DNA of 48,363 nucleotides from an uncultured Bacilli bacterium (lineage in GTDB: Bacteria; Bacillota_I; Bacilli_A; RF39; UBA660). The stretch covers positions 1 to 48,363 of the forward strand of contig CANQSL010000005.1 in the NCBI GenBank assembly GCA_947626515.1. Reading direction: 5' to 3'. Shown piece by piece: positions 37,850 through 48,293 of the stretch. A program made the position numbers and the translations under genes. The notes under the pieces were generated by a model. The model saw only the letters and a list, made by a program, of their open reading frames with translations, had not been told where the DNA came from and did not search any database. Each line of letters starts with the position of its first letter. The first letter of the stretch is position 1.

Positions 37850-40348
37850 CTACTTTCCACAACAATTTTTATACTTTTTACCACTGCCACAAGGGCATTT
37901 ATCATTTCTACCTATTTTTTTATCATTTCTTTTAGGACTACTTTTTAATGCTTCTTTAGTATCATTAGTACGTCCTTCTTTTCTAGTTTTATTAGAGATA
38001 CTTTGTTTTATTTGCATATGCAATAAGAAATTTGCTATTTGTTCATCTATTCCATCTTCCATCATTTCAAACATCTTAAAGCCTTCTAACGAATAAGCTT
38101 GTAAAGGGTTTGTTTGAGCATAACCTCTTAAACCAATTCCTTCTCTTAATTGTTCCATTGAACTAATTTGTTTTACCCATGCTTGATCTATAACTTTAAG
38201 AGAAATATGTCTTTCAAAATCATTTATAATTGCTTGAGGTATTTCCTTTACTTTTTTGTCTAATTCGTCAATTATAACATCTGATATTTTATCTGAAACT
38301 TCTTCTACAGTTTTGGATTTAATATCTTCAACAGTAATTTTTCTATTTCTAAGCATATTAGCATTTACATGAGCAACAATATCCTCATAATCTTTTTCTG
38401 TTAAATAATTCTCAGGAGGTATATGATTTTCTACTAATCTATCAATAAAATCCCTAATTATATCCAAAGATATTTCATGAACATTATCTGAATCAATTAA
38501 TTCATTTCTTCTTTCATAAATAATCTTTCTTTGTTGACTGACAACATTATCATAATCAAGTAAGTTTTTACGCATGTCATAGTTATTTCCTTCTACCTTT
38601 TTCTGAGCACTTTCAATTTGTTTTGAAAGAATTTTATTAGTAATTTCTTGATCTTCTGGATATCCTAATCTCTGTATAATATCTCTTACTTTTTCAGCTC
38701 CAAAACGTCTCATCAATTCATCTTCAAAAGAAATAAAGAATTGAGAATATCCTGGATCTCCTTGACGTCCAGCACGACCACGCAACTGATTATCGATACG
38801 ACGAGACTCATGTCTTTCCGTTCCAATTACACAAAGTCCTCCTAATTCGACAACACCTTCACCTAATTTAATATCAGTTCCACGTCCTGCCATATTAGTT
38901 GCTATAGTTATTGCTCCCTTTACACCAGCTTTGGCAATAATCTCTGCTTCTCTTGCATGGTTTTTTGCGTTCAATACTTCATGAGGTAATTTTTCTTTTT
39001 GTAACATTTTACTTAAACGTTCATTAGCTTCAACAGAAATAGTACCAACTAATATTGGTTGTCCAGTTTCATGAACCTTTTTAATAAACTCAACAATAGC
39101 TTTATATTTACCTTTTTCAGTTGAATACATTTTATCAACCATATCAATTCTTATACAAGGCTTATTTGTAGGAATTTCAATAACATACATATTATAAATA
39201 TCTCTAAATTCCTCTTCTTCTGTTTTAGCAGTACCCGTCATACCAGCAATCTTTTTATACATTCTAAATAAATTTTGAAATGTAATATTTGCTAAAGTCT
39301 GTGTTTCTTCATTTATTTTTACGCCCTCTTTAGCTTCTATAGCTTGATGTAATCCATCACTAAATTGTCTACCCTGCATTAATCTTCCTGTAAATTGATC
39401 TACAATTACTATTTCGCCTTCACTTGATACAACATAATCAACGTCAATTTTCATTCCATAATTTGCTTTTAATGCTTGATTTATATGATGAACTAATGCA
39501 GCATTTTCTATATCATATAAATTGCTTAATTTAAAATGCTTTTCTAATTTTTCTGATCCTTCTTCAGTTAAAAGTACAGATTTAGTTTTTTCATCTATTG
39601 TATAATCTTCTTCTTCTTTTAATGTTTTTACTGCTTTATCAGCATCTCTATATAAATTAGCTGAATTAAATTTTCCACCAGAAATAATTAATGGTGTTCT
39701 TGCTTCATCAATTAAAATTGAGTCAACTTCATCAATTATTACAAAATTTAATGGTCTTTGACATCTGTCCTCTTTTTTTACAACCATATTATCTCTTAAA
39801 TAATCAAATCCGACTTCATTATTTGTAGAATAAGTTATATCACAATTATAAACTTTTTGTTTTTCTTGTGGAGATAATTCTCTTAAATTGACACCAACAC
39901 TTATTCCTAAAAAATCAAAAATTGGACCCATCCACTCAGCATTACGGGCAGTTAAGTATTCATTAACTGTAACAACATGTACTCCTTCTCCAGTAAGTGC
40001 ATTTAAATAAGCTGGCAAAACAGTAGTTAAAGTTTTTCCTTCTCCTGTTTTCATTTCTGCAATATTACCATAATGTATTGCTAAACCTCCTAATAATTGA
40101 ACATAAAAAGGTTTTTCTCCAATCATTCTATATGCTGCTTCCCTAGCAGTTGCAAATGCAGGAACAATAATATCATCTAATGTTTTACCATTTTTTAATT
40201 CTTCTTTTAAAACATTAGTCATATTTGCTAAATCTTTATCACTTTTTTTAGAATATTCTTCATCTAAAGCTTCTATTTGATCTGCTATTTTTCTAAATCT
40301 TTTCAATTCTTTATATTCAGTATCTACTAATCTTTTTATAATTCCCAT
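37850..40348 (-). CDS. secA: preprotein translocase subunit SecA
   Basis: AEMKTGEGKT, IDEVDSILIDEARTP, ATNMAGRGTDI and SEC-C CPCGSGKKYKNCC. Confidence 0.99.
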   Translation of the reverse strand: MGIIKRLVDTEYKELKRFRKIADQIEALDEEYSKKSDKDLANMTNVLKEELKNGKTLDDIIVPAFATAREAAYRMIGEKPFYVQLLGGLAIHYGNIAEMKTGEGKTLTTVLPAYLNALTGEGVHVVTVNEYLTARNAEWMGPIFDFLGISVGVNLRELSPQEKQKVYNCDITYSTNNEVGFDYLRDNMVVKKEDRCQRPLNFVIIDEVDSILIDEARTPLIISGGKFNSANLYRDADKAVKTLKEEEDYTIDEKTKSVLLTEEGSEKLEKHFKLSNLYDIENAALVHHINQALKANYGMKIDVDYVVSSEGEIVIVDQFTGRLMQGRQFSDGLHQAIEAKEGVKINEETQTLANITFQNLFRMYKKIAGMTGTAKTEEEEFRDIYNMYVIEIPTNKPCIRIDMVDKMYSTEKGKYKAIVEFIKKVHETGQPILVGTISVEANERLSKMLQKEKLPHEVLNAKNHAREAEIIAKAGVKGAITIATNMAGRGTDIKLGEGVVELGGLCVIGTERHESRRIDNQLRGRAGRQGDPGYSQFFISFEDELMRRFGAEKVRDIIQRLGYPEDQEITNKILSKQIESAQKKVEGNNYDMRKNLLDYDNVVSQQRKIIYERRNELIDSDNVHEISLDIIRDFIDRLVENHIPPENYLTEKDYEDIVAHVNANMLRNRKITVEDIKSKTVEEVSDKISDVIIDELDKKVKEIPQAIINDFERHISLKVIDQAWVKQISSMEQLREGIGLRGYAQTNPLQAYSLEGFKMFEMMEDGIDEQIANFLLHMQIKQSISNKTRKEGRTNDTKEALKSSPKRNDKKIGRNDKCPCGSGKKYKNCCGK

Positions 40349-40400
40349 AATTAATCCTCCATTAACATATATTTTAACATAAAAAATAGAGTTTTACACT

Positions 40401-40937
40401 CTATTTTGCATTTATTATACCAAATTTTCCGTCTTTTCTTTTATATATTATTGAAATACAATCTTCATTAGCATTTTTAAATATATAAAAATCATGGTTT
40501 AATAATTCAATTTGTAATAAAGCTTCATCTTCATCCATTAAATTAAGTTCTATATTTTTTCTTTTAACTATTAAATCTTCTTCTTCATCTTCATTTTCAA
40601 AACTTTCAATAAAATCAAAATTAAAATCCATAAAGTTTTCTTTTTTATATCTTTCATTTAATTTTGTTTTATTTTTTCTTATTTGTCTTTCAAGTTTATC
40701 AATAACTAAATCTATTGCTGCATATAAATCTTCATTTTGTTCTTCAGCTCTTAATGTATACTTATTAGTAGGTATTGTAACTTCTATTATCTGTCTATTA
40801 TTTGCAACTCTAACAACAATTTTAGCTTCAATATCTTTTCTATCAAAATACTTTTCTAATTTACTTATTTTCTCTTCTATATAGCTTTTTATAGAATCCG
40901 TAACTAAAAGTTTATCTCCTCTTATATTTAATTTCAT
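40401..40937 (-). CDS. hpf: ribosome hibernation promoting factor (long HPF)
   Basis: DLYAAIDLVIDKLERQIRKNKTK; C-terminal domain ending YKRKDGKFGII. Confidence 0.95.
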   Translation of the reverse strand: MKLNIRGDKLLVTDSIKSYIEEKISKLEKYFDRKDIEAKIVVRVANNRQIIEVTIPTNKYTLRAEEQNEDLYAAIDLVIDKLERQIRKNKTKLNERYKKENFMDFNFDFIESFENEDEEEDLIVKRKNIELNLMDEDEALLQIELLNHDFYIFKNANEDCISIIYKRKDGKFGIINAK

Positions 40938-41047
40938 AAAATCATCTCCTTAATATTATTTTATCAAAATGATTTTAAAATGTCTACTTCTATAAATAGA
41001 CAAAAAAACTTACAAAATTTGTATTTGCAAGTTATTTAATATACTTA

Positions 41048-41263
41048 TTACAACACTGTAGTTGTTTCAACTTCTACAACGTCGATAGCTTGTAGTCCTT
41101 TACCAGTTTCGATTAATTTAAAATCTACTATATCTCCTTCTTTTAAGGTTTTATAGCCATCTTTTCTAATTGCAGAATAATGTACAAAGATATCTTCTAA
41201 GTCATTATATTCTATGAAACCGTATCCTTTCTCATTATTAAACCACTTAACTTTACCTCTCAA
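41048..41263 (-). CDS. cold-shock protein
   Basis: GKVKWFNNEKGYGFI and DIFVHYSAI; TTG start; extended -10 TGaTATAAT at 41374-41382 gives a long 5' UTR. Confidence 0.95.
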   Translation of the reverse strand: MRGKVKWFNNEKGYGFIEYNDLEDIFVHYSAIRKDGYKTLKEGDIVDFKLIETGKGLQAIDVVEVETTTVL

Positions 41264-41557
41264 ATAAAATCATCCCTTTTCCTTAAAATTTTTTACTACA
41301 GCTACTACATTTCACAGCTTGATACTAATATTGTTGTCGACAATTACTAACTTTCTCTTACAGTGACTATTTGATTATATCAAAAAATAAATAAAATGCA
41401 TTCATCCGTGCTATAAGCACTACTTTTATGTTCATTTTTTAATTTTATTCATTAATTTATATTTATTTCTATCACTTCAACATATTTTTAACACATTTAG
41501 ACTTATTTCATAATTTTTTTAATTAAATAATATAGTATAAAAATACTAGGAGTAGTA

Positions 41558-42175
41558 ATGAAAAAAAAAGTAATAAATTATTTAATGTCATGTATAACTA
41601 AAGAAAAGAAATATGACAAAGATAAATTAGAACAAATTCAATATGGTCTTGAAGGTTTATATACTATAATAACAAAATCTATTGGAATTATTATTTTAGC
41701 GATAATATTGAATTTTTTCAAAGAATTAATATATTTTCTACTATTATATATTCCTTTAAGAAGTGTAGGTTTTGGAACACATGCTAAATCTAATTTACAA
41801 TGTTGGATATATAGCATAATTCTTATTGTAGGTTTACCATATTTATTTCATTATTTAGACTTATCAAAAAGTTTAATAATAATAATTTGGACAATATGTT
41901 TTATAAACTATTTTATATTCTGTCCTGCTGATACAGAAAAAAGACCTATGATTAGCAATAAAAGAAAATTAAAATTTAAAATTGCTATATTTATAATAAG
42001 TTTTGTTTATTTAATTTTATTAATGAATTTTAATTATATATATAAATTTGTTTTACCGGCCATGATATTAGAAATGATATTAACAAATCCAATAGGATAT
42101 ATAATCATGGGCCAAAAAGTTAGATTTCGTTTAAATTATATAAATTTAAGCAAAATTAGAATGGAGGTAAAGTAG
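41558..42175 (+). CDS. agrB: accessory gene regulator B (AIP maturation protease)
   Basis: YGLE, LRSVGFGTHA...QC (His/Cys dyad) and PADTEKRP; multiple TM segments. Confidence 0.93.
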   Translation: MKKKVINYLMSCITKEKKYDKDKLEQIQYGLEGLYTIITKSIGIIILAIILNFFKELIYFLLLYIPLRSVGFGTHAKSNLQCWIYSIILIVGLPYLFHYLDLSKSLIIIIWTICFINYFIFCPADTEKRPMISNKRKLKFKIAIFIISFVYLILLMNFNYIYKFVLPAMILEMILTNPIGYIIMGQKVRFRLNYINLSKIRMEVK

Positions 42176-42176
42176 T

Positions 42177-42281
42177 ATGGCAGATGTTTTAGCTAAAATT
42201 GGTGCTGTAGTTGGTGCTGCATCATTTACATTATTATTCTTCTTTGATGAACCAGAATGTCCAAAATCTTTAATTAAATAA
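42177..42281 (+). CDS. agrD: AgrD cyclic peptide precursor (34 aa), not in ORF track
   Basis: MADVLAKIGAVVGAASFTLLFFFDEPECPKSLIK*; GGAGG SD; starts 1 bp after agrB; DEPxxPKSL tail. Confidence 0.9.
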   Translation: MADVLAKIGAVVGAASFTLLFFFDEPECPKSLIK

Positions 42282-42306
42282 AAAGAATTAATTACTAATT
42301 CTTTTT
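42281..42306. terminator. bidirectional terminator between agrD and agrC
   Basis: AAAAGAATTA-attac-TAATTCTTTT. Confidence 0.65.
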
Positions 42307-43554
42307 TTATTTTTTACATAAAATATTAGTTATAAATAAATCATTAACTATATTAAAATTAACTTTTAAATTATTAGATTTTAATTTTTTTAAAGAATTT
42401 AATCCCAACCCTGATTTGTAAACTTTAGTACTATAATTTTTCTTACCTATTTGATTTAAATCTATAGAATTTATAAATTTATTTATCATTTTTATATTAA
42501 TAAAACTTTTAGTTTCTTCAATATTCACTACAATTATTTTATTTTTAGTCAATGAACTCGCATCAATTGCATTATCAATCAAAATACCAATAACATTACT
42601 TAAATCTAAAAAATTATTATTCTCAAACTTTGTAAAAATTTTAGTATTAACGATAATTTTTACTTTTTTATTTTCTGCTTCATGAATTTTTAAATAAAGT
42701 ATCCCTTGTATACCTTGAGGCATTTTATCAATTCTATTAATCCAATCTGTTTCTTTATTATATTTTAATATAATTTTATTAACAATAGGTTGATATTCTT
42801 CTGGTAATGCTACTTTTAAACTATATAATTCATTTTTTAAATTATGTTTAAACTCTTTATATTCATCAATAGTATTAGAATATGCATCGTAAGTTTCTTT
42901 CAAATGTTTATTTTTATCTTCTAAAATCCTAATATTATATTTATCATTAATAATTACTTTAAAGGTTATTATAATAAATATTATACATACAATAGATAAT
43001 ATTATTAGTGTTTTATTCTCAAATGAAACTCCTCTATAAACAACAATTAAATTTAAGAATAATATAATTGACATTGATACTGAATAAAAATTTATATTCC
43101 TTTTTATTTTATTAATAAAATTTACTGTATATCTATATTTAAATATAAATATAAGAAATATACAATCGATAACAGTAAACAAAAATTTTACAATCACACT
43201 ATTATTCAATTCTCCAATATTTTTGAACTTATATAAAAGAGCATATGATAAAGCTAATTCTACTATTATAGTTATTATCGAGCATATTATTGTATATGAT
43301 AAAGTATATTTGACATTATTTTTAAACCAAATTTTATTTAAAGCAAAATAAATTATTAATGAGCATAAATATCTTAACGAAACTAAGTTATATAAATTAT
43401 TAATCAAAAAAATAATCGCAAATACTATAAGACTTATTAAATTTTTTAAATTAAAATATATTTTTTGGGAAGTTAATTTTGCATAACAAAATATTACTGT
43501 AAAAGTCATAAATAACTCACCAATATAATATATTAAAAAGTTCCCAATTCCCAT
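42307..43554 (-). CDS. agrC: AgrC-like GHKL sensor histidine kinase
   Basis: Multi-TM N-terminus; FKHNLKN H-box, ILIDNAIDAS, YSTK and GLGL. Confidence 0.9.
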   Translation of the reverse strand: MGIGNFLIYYIGELFMTFTVIFCYAKLTSQKIYFNLKNLISLIVFAIIFLINNLYNLVSLRYLCSLIIYFALNKIWFKNNVKYTLSYTIICSIITIIVELALSYALLYKFKNIGELNNSVIVKFLFTVIDCIFLIFIFKYRYTVNFINKIKRNINFYSVSMSIILFLNLIVVYRGVSFENKTLIILSIVCIIFIIITFKVIINDKYNIRILEDKNKHLKETYDAYSNTIDEYKEFKHNLKNELYSLKVALPEEYQPIVNKIILKYNKETDWINRIDKMPQGIQGILYLKIHEAENKKVKIIVNTKIFTKFENNNFLDLSNVIGILIDNAIDASSLTKNKIIVVNIEETKSFINIKMINKFINSIDLNQIGKKNYSTKVYKSGLGLNSLKKLKSNNLKVNFNIVNDLFITNILCKK

Positions 43555-43555
43555 T

Positions 43556-44254
43556 TTATTCACCCTTAAAGTTCTTAGATAACATGTTTACTTTTTCACC
43601 ATTATCAGTTATAAAATATCCTTTAACATAGTTTTTCTTAGAAACTCTTTCTTCATTTATAATACAACTTCTATGACATTGTTTAAATCTTTTATCAAGA
43701 TGTTTTAGTATTTCATTTATAGACATATTTATAATAAATTCATTATTAGTAGTTTTAATTACCAATTTTCTATCAACAGTATCTCTATAGATATACATAA
43801 TATCTTTAAAATATATTTGCAAACTTATTTTTCTATTTTCATAAATAAATTTTCCATAATCATGTTTCTTATTTACTATTATTTTAATATCCTTTTTTAA
43901 TCTAACTTCAAAATCATGAAATTTTTCTATAAAATCAAATGTTTTATAAATTTCTTTATGAACAGTTTCAAACATTCTATCATGATTAGTTACTACAATT
44001 ATTTCACTATCCCAATCATCTTCTCTTATTTTTCTTAAAATATCCATACCAGTAAACTTTGTATCTAGTTGTAAATCTACAATATAAATTTTAGATTCAC
44101 TATTATCATTAATTAAAAGTTCTAACTCATTAGTATATTTTTTGAATTTATGAACTATATATTCTTTATTAGAATCAAATAATAATTCATTTACTATTTT
44201 TTCATATTCATTCAACCACTTTTCTTCATCATCTATTAGTATAAACTTTATCAT
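43556..44254 (-). CDS. agrA: AgrA-like LytTR response regulator
   Basis: Receiver domain (IDDE, IVDLQL, GMD) plus LytTR FKQCHRSCIIN. Confidence 0.92.
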   Translation of the reverse strand: MIKFILIDDEEKWLNEYEKIVNELLFDSNKEYIVHKFKKYTNELELLINDNSESKIYIVDLQLDTKFTGMDILRKIREDDWDSEIIVVTNHDRMFETVHKEIYKTFDFIEKFHDFEVRLKKDIKIIVNKKHDYGKFIYENRKISLQIYFKDIMYIYRDTVDRKLVIKTTNNEFIINMSINEILKHLDKRFKQCHRSCIINEERVSKKNYVKGYFITDNGEKVNMLSKNFKGE

Positions 44255-44258
44255 TTTA

Positions 44259-46484
44259 CTACCATTCCTTTATAAATTTTTTTATTATATTTTTATCTTC
44301 AATATCCATTAAAGATATATAATAATTAAGCCCTTCTATTTTTTTTATTTCGTCTATATTATCGCTAATTTTATAATTTAATATTGTATTTAAGCATTTA
44401 TTTGTTTTAATTCTATATAATTTGTCATTTCTATCTTTTAAATAATATTTTTTATTATTCATACAAATTGAACATTTATAACTATCATTTAAATTCGAAT
44501 TTATAATACAATGTTTTAAAATCATTAATTCAATTTTGCCATAGATAAATATATCTATATTTGGAGTAATACCAAATTTATTTCTAAAATTATTATACAA
44601 TTTATATGATTCTTTTGTTGAAAACTCGGGTGAAATACCCACTTTTTTTGCACCTAATTCATATAAATAAGCTAAAGTATATATATTAGTAACATTTCCA
44701 TATATATCTATAATCATATTATTATTTGAATTTTTATATAAAGTGCCTATATCGCTTAATATAATGTTATCATTTTTATATGAGATATTCCCTTTTACAA
44801 CTCTAGGTAATCTAAAATATATATTTTTATTTGTTTTATATTTTTCATATATATTTATATCTTCTGTATAATAATTAACACTTTGTTTAAAACTATAATC
44901 TTCCTCTTTATCAATTAAAACATTTAGTTTATTTGATGTATTTATTTTTTTTATGTTAAAAACTGGTTCTTTTTTAACATAATTAATTTTTTTATTAGAT
45001 CTTAAATTATTTAATTGTTCTATTAACTTTCTTCTAATATTATTTATTTCTTTTAACGGAATAAATATATTTTTATCTATTTCATATGTTTCATTTTCTA
45101 TTTCATATATAGTATCCCGTAGTTTGTTAATCTTACTTTTTATATCATTTATAGTTGTAGGATTATTTTTAGCTTCTTGAACAATTAAGCCTTTTTCAGT
45201 TATTGTATTTTTTCCATCACTAAGTATTATTTCTATAGGTTTACTTAGTTTACAAATTATACGTATATCTATTGGAATTCTCTTTTTGTCATAATTATGT
45301 ATTTCATTAATTAACTTTGTATCTATTGTTTTTAATACTATGCATTTGTTCTTTAGGTTTATTTTATTATCTAAATAAATAATTTCTTTTGGTTTACCAG
45401 AACTTATAAAATTTTCATTTTTATTATAAATAAAATTAACATACATTCCTTTATTTTCTTCTTTAAATTTAATTGCATCTCCTTGATTCAAATAAGAAGA
45501 CAACTCTATTTTGATTTTTTTAGAGTTAACTTCTAAAACCTTACCAACTTCTATACCTATATGATTAGAAGTAGTTTGATTTATAAAATCATCATTAAAT
45601 TTATTAAATAAATAACCTTCTGTAAATCCTCTATTATATAATACTTTTAAATTATCAATTTCATTTTTATTGATAATTAATTTTTTATTAGAATAATAAT
45701 CATTGATTAATCTTCTATAAAGTTTAGTAACATAGCCTACGTACTCAATACTTTTCATTCTTCCTTCTATTTTTATCGAGTCTACTCCAGCTTCTATAAT
45801 TTCTTTTAATCTATTAATGGAACATAACTCTTTGGGGCTTAATAAATATTCTCCTTTTGTATCTATTATTGAATCATCTTGAACTAGTTTATAGGGTAAT
45901 CTACACATTCCAGCACAAGCTCCTTCATTACCACTTCTTTTCATAACTATACTAGACATCAAGCATTCGCCAGAATAACAAATACAAAGAGCTCCATGAA
46001 CAAATACTTCTTTTTCAATGTCAACATTCATATTTTTTATTTCTTCTAAGGAAAGTTCTCTAGCTAAAACCGCTCTTTTTATACCCATATTCTTTAAAAA
46101 TTCTAAATCTGAATTATTATGATTATGGAATTGTGTAGATGCATGTATTTCTAAATTAGGAAAAGTTCTTCTAACAAGAGCCATCATTCCTAAATCTTGC
46201 ATTAATACAGCATCTACACCATTAATATAGATAAATTCAATAAAATGCATAAAATCGTTTACTTCATCATCTTTAACTAAAGTATTGGCAGTTACATAAA
46301 CTTTAACGCCATATAGATGCGCATACTTTATGGCTTCAACAATTTCTTCATCATTAAAATTTTGAGCAAATTTTCTTGCTCCAAATTTTTCCCCAGCTAA
46401 ATAAACAGCATCAGCGCCACAATTAATAGCTACTTTTAACATATCAAAATTACCAGCAGGCGACAATAATTCTATTCGTTTCAT
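44259..46484 (-). CDS. U32 peptidase family protein with DUF3656 (RlhA-like RNA hydroxylation)
   Basis: ELLSPAG, GADAVY, HASTQ, HGALCICYSGEC...C...CR and KIEGRMK; start MKRIE at 46484. Confidence 0.9.
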   Translation of the reverse strand: MKRIELLSPAGNFDMLKVAINCGADAVYLAGEKFGARKFAQNFNDEEIVEAIKYAHLYGVKVYVTANTLVKDDEVNDFMHFIEFIYINGVDAVLMQDLGMMALVRRTFPNLEIHASTQFHNHNNSDLEFLKNMGIKRAVLARELSLEEIKNMNVDIEKEVFVHGALCICYSGECLMSSIVMKRSGNEGACAGMCRLPYKLVQDDSIIDTKGEYLLSPKELCSINRLKEIIEAGVDSIKIEGRMKSIEYVGYVTKLYRRLINDYYSNKKLIINKNEIDNLKVLYNRGFTEGYLFNKFNDDFINQTTSNHIGIEVGKVLEVNSKKIKIELSSYLNQGDAIKFKEENKGMYVNFIYNKNENFISSGKPKEIIYLDNKINLKNKCIVLKTIDTKLINEIHNYDKKRIPIDIRIICKLSKPIEIILSDGKNTITEKGLIVQEAKNNPTTINDIKSKINKLRDTIYEIENETYEIDKNIFIPLKEINNIRRKLIEQLNNLRSNKKINYVKKEPVFNIKKINTSNKLNVLIDKEEDYSFKQSVNYYTEDINIYEKYKTNKNIYFRLPRVVKGNISYKNDNIILSDIGTLYKNSNNNMIIDIYGNVTNIYTLAYLYELGAKKVGISPEFSTKESYKLYNNFRNKFGITPNIDIFIYGKIELMILKHCIINSNLNDSYKCSICMNNKKYYLKDRNDKLYRIKTNKCLNTILNYKISDNIDEIKKIEGLNYYISLMDIEDKNIIKKFIKEW

Positions 46485-46516
46485 AAAACACCTCAAAAAA
46501 AGTGGAAAAGTATACA

Positions 46517-48178
46517 CTAATCCACATTAAATATCAAAAAACGTTCTGAAACTTTTTCAGGACCTAACAATTTCATTATTTCATATAAATCTGGAGTCAT
46601 AGCTTTTGTTGTCAAGGATACTCTTATAACAGTAGTAATATCTGTTATATTTCCTTTATAATTAGACGGATTTTCTTTGTAATCTTTCATATTGCTAGCA
46701 TATCCCAATTCGTCACACATATCTTTAATTTTATTAAACCAAGTATCTTTATCATCATTAAAGTCATAGTATTTATTTAAATATAAATTTAATATCTTAT
46801 TAATTTCATTAAAATCTTTAATATTTTGAAAATCATAATCTTCTTTATCAGGTTTAAATAATTCATCATACATATACCAAATATGATTTTTTATATCACT
46901 ATAAGATGCATAATCTTTTCTTGGTTTTTTTTGAACTCTCTCAATATTTAAAATATTAGTAGTGTAATCTTTATAATTTTTTATTAACTTATTAAAATCT
47001 TTATCATATATAGCAGTAAATTTTTCTAAGTTAGCGTAAACTTCCTCTGCAGTTAATTTACTTATATAATTTTTAGAAATATTTAAAAGTTTTTCCACAT
47101 CAAATAATGAACCACTTTCACTCATCTTTTTAAAATCAAATTTAAATTCATTATAAGATTTATCTGGATTTGAGCTCAACCATGATTCAAAATTTGAATT
47201 CGCAATTGTTAATAAATATAATTTTACAGCATCAATAGGAATTCCTTTTTCATGATAGTAACTTACAGCAGCTTCTGGATCCTTTCTTTTGCTTAACTTT
47301 CTTCTAGCACCAGTTTCATCAACTTTCATAACTACTCCTAGATGGCCATATTTCGGTTCTTCAAATCTTAATAATTTGAATAATTGTGTGTGTATAGGAT
47401 ATGAAGAGATCCATTCATCTCCTCTTAATACATGAGTAGTTCTCATCAAATGATCATCAATTACATGTGCAAAATGATAAAGTGGTAAACCATCGCTTTT
47501 AATTAAAACAACATCCAAATCATTTTCAGGCATTTCTATTTTTCCACGAACTAAATCATTAAGTACTACTTTTCTTTCAAAATTTCCAGGTGATTTTAAT
47601 CTTATTATATATTTTTCACCATTTTTAATACGTTCTATACGTTCTTCATTTGATAAATCTCTACATTTAGTCCATGCACCATAATAACCAATACGTGTTT
47701 TTTTATGTTCTTGTTTTTCTCTTATAGAATCTATTTCTTCTTCTGTACAAAAGCAAGGATAAGCTAAGCCCTCTTCAATAAGTTTTTTTGCATAAGCTTG
47801 ATAAATACTTTTACGCTCACTTTGGATATAAGGACCATAATTGCCAATACTTTTAGTTTCAGACAATGCACCTTCATCAATAGTTATATCAAAATCATTT
47901 AAATCTTTAATTATACCTTCAATACCATTTTCTATGCTTCTTTTACCATCGGTATCTTCTATTCTTAAATAAAAAACACCACCAGAATTTTTTGAAACAA
48001 ATTGTGATACAAAAGCTGTACGTAAACTTCCCATATGCACAAAACCAGTAGGACTAGGTGCAAAACGAGTAACTATAGCCCCTTCTTTTAAATTGCGTTC
48101 AGGATATTTTTTTTCATAAATACTAGTATCACTAGAAACATTTGGAAAAATTACATTAGCTAAATCTTCGTTAGTCAT
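46517..48178 (-). CDS. gltX: glutamate--tRNA ligase
   Basis: TRFAPSPTGFVHMG, LRIEDTD, THVLRGDEW and KLSKR. Confidence 0.97.
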   Translation of the reverse strand: MTNEDLANVIFPNVSSDTSIYEKKYPERNLKEGAIVTRFAPSPTGFVHMGSLRTAFVSQFVSKNSGGVFYLRIEDTDGKRSIENGIEGIIKDLNDFDITIDEGALSETKSIGNYGPYIQSERKSIYQAYAKKLIEEGLAYPCFCTEEEIDSIREKQEHKKTRIGYYGAWTKCRDLSNEERIERIKNGEKYIIRLKSPGNFERKVVLNDLVRGKIEMPENDLDVVLIKSDGLPLYHFAHVIDDHLMRTTHVLRGDEWISSYPIHTQLFKLLRFEEPKYGHLGVVMKVDETGARRKLSKRKDPEAAVSYYHEKGIPIDAVKLYLLTIANSNFESWLSSNPDKSYNEFKFDFKKMSESGSLFDVEKLLNISKNYISKLTAEEVYANLEKFTAIYDKDFNKLIKNYKDYTTNILNIERVQKKPRKDYASYSDIKNHIWYMYDELFKPDKEDYDFQNIKDFNEINKILNLYLNKYYDFNDDKDTWFNKIKDMCDELGYASNMKDYKENPSNYKGNITDITTVIRVSLTTKAMTPDLYEIMKLLGPEKVSERFLIFNVD

Positions 48179-48293
48179 TATTATCATTCCTTTTCTCGAT
48201 AAAACTTGATATTTTCAATAATTATTATAATATAATTCAATATTATATTCAATAAAAAAAAGGGCTATACCCCCAAAAAAAAGGCAAAAAAAA

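Noticed and set aside
36380-37850. CRISPR array or integron cassette array
   Set aside because: Repeats are 6-13 bp, irregularly spaced and without unique equal-length spacers; no cas or intI gene.
41470-41505. AgrA/LytTR direct repeats upstream of agrB
   Set aside because: Only 6/9 identity at 21-bp spacing in very AT-rich DNA; plausible but not supportable.
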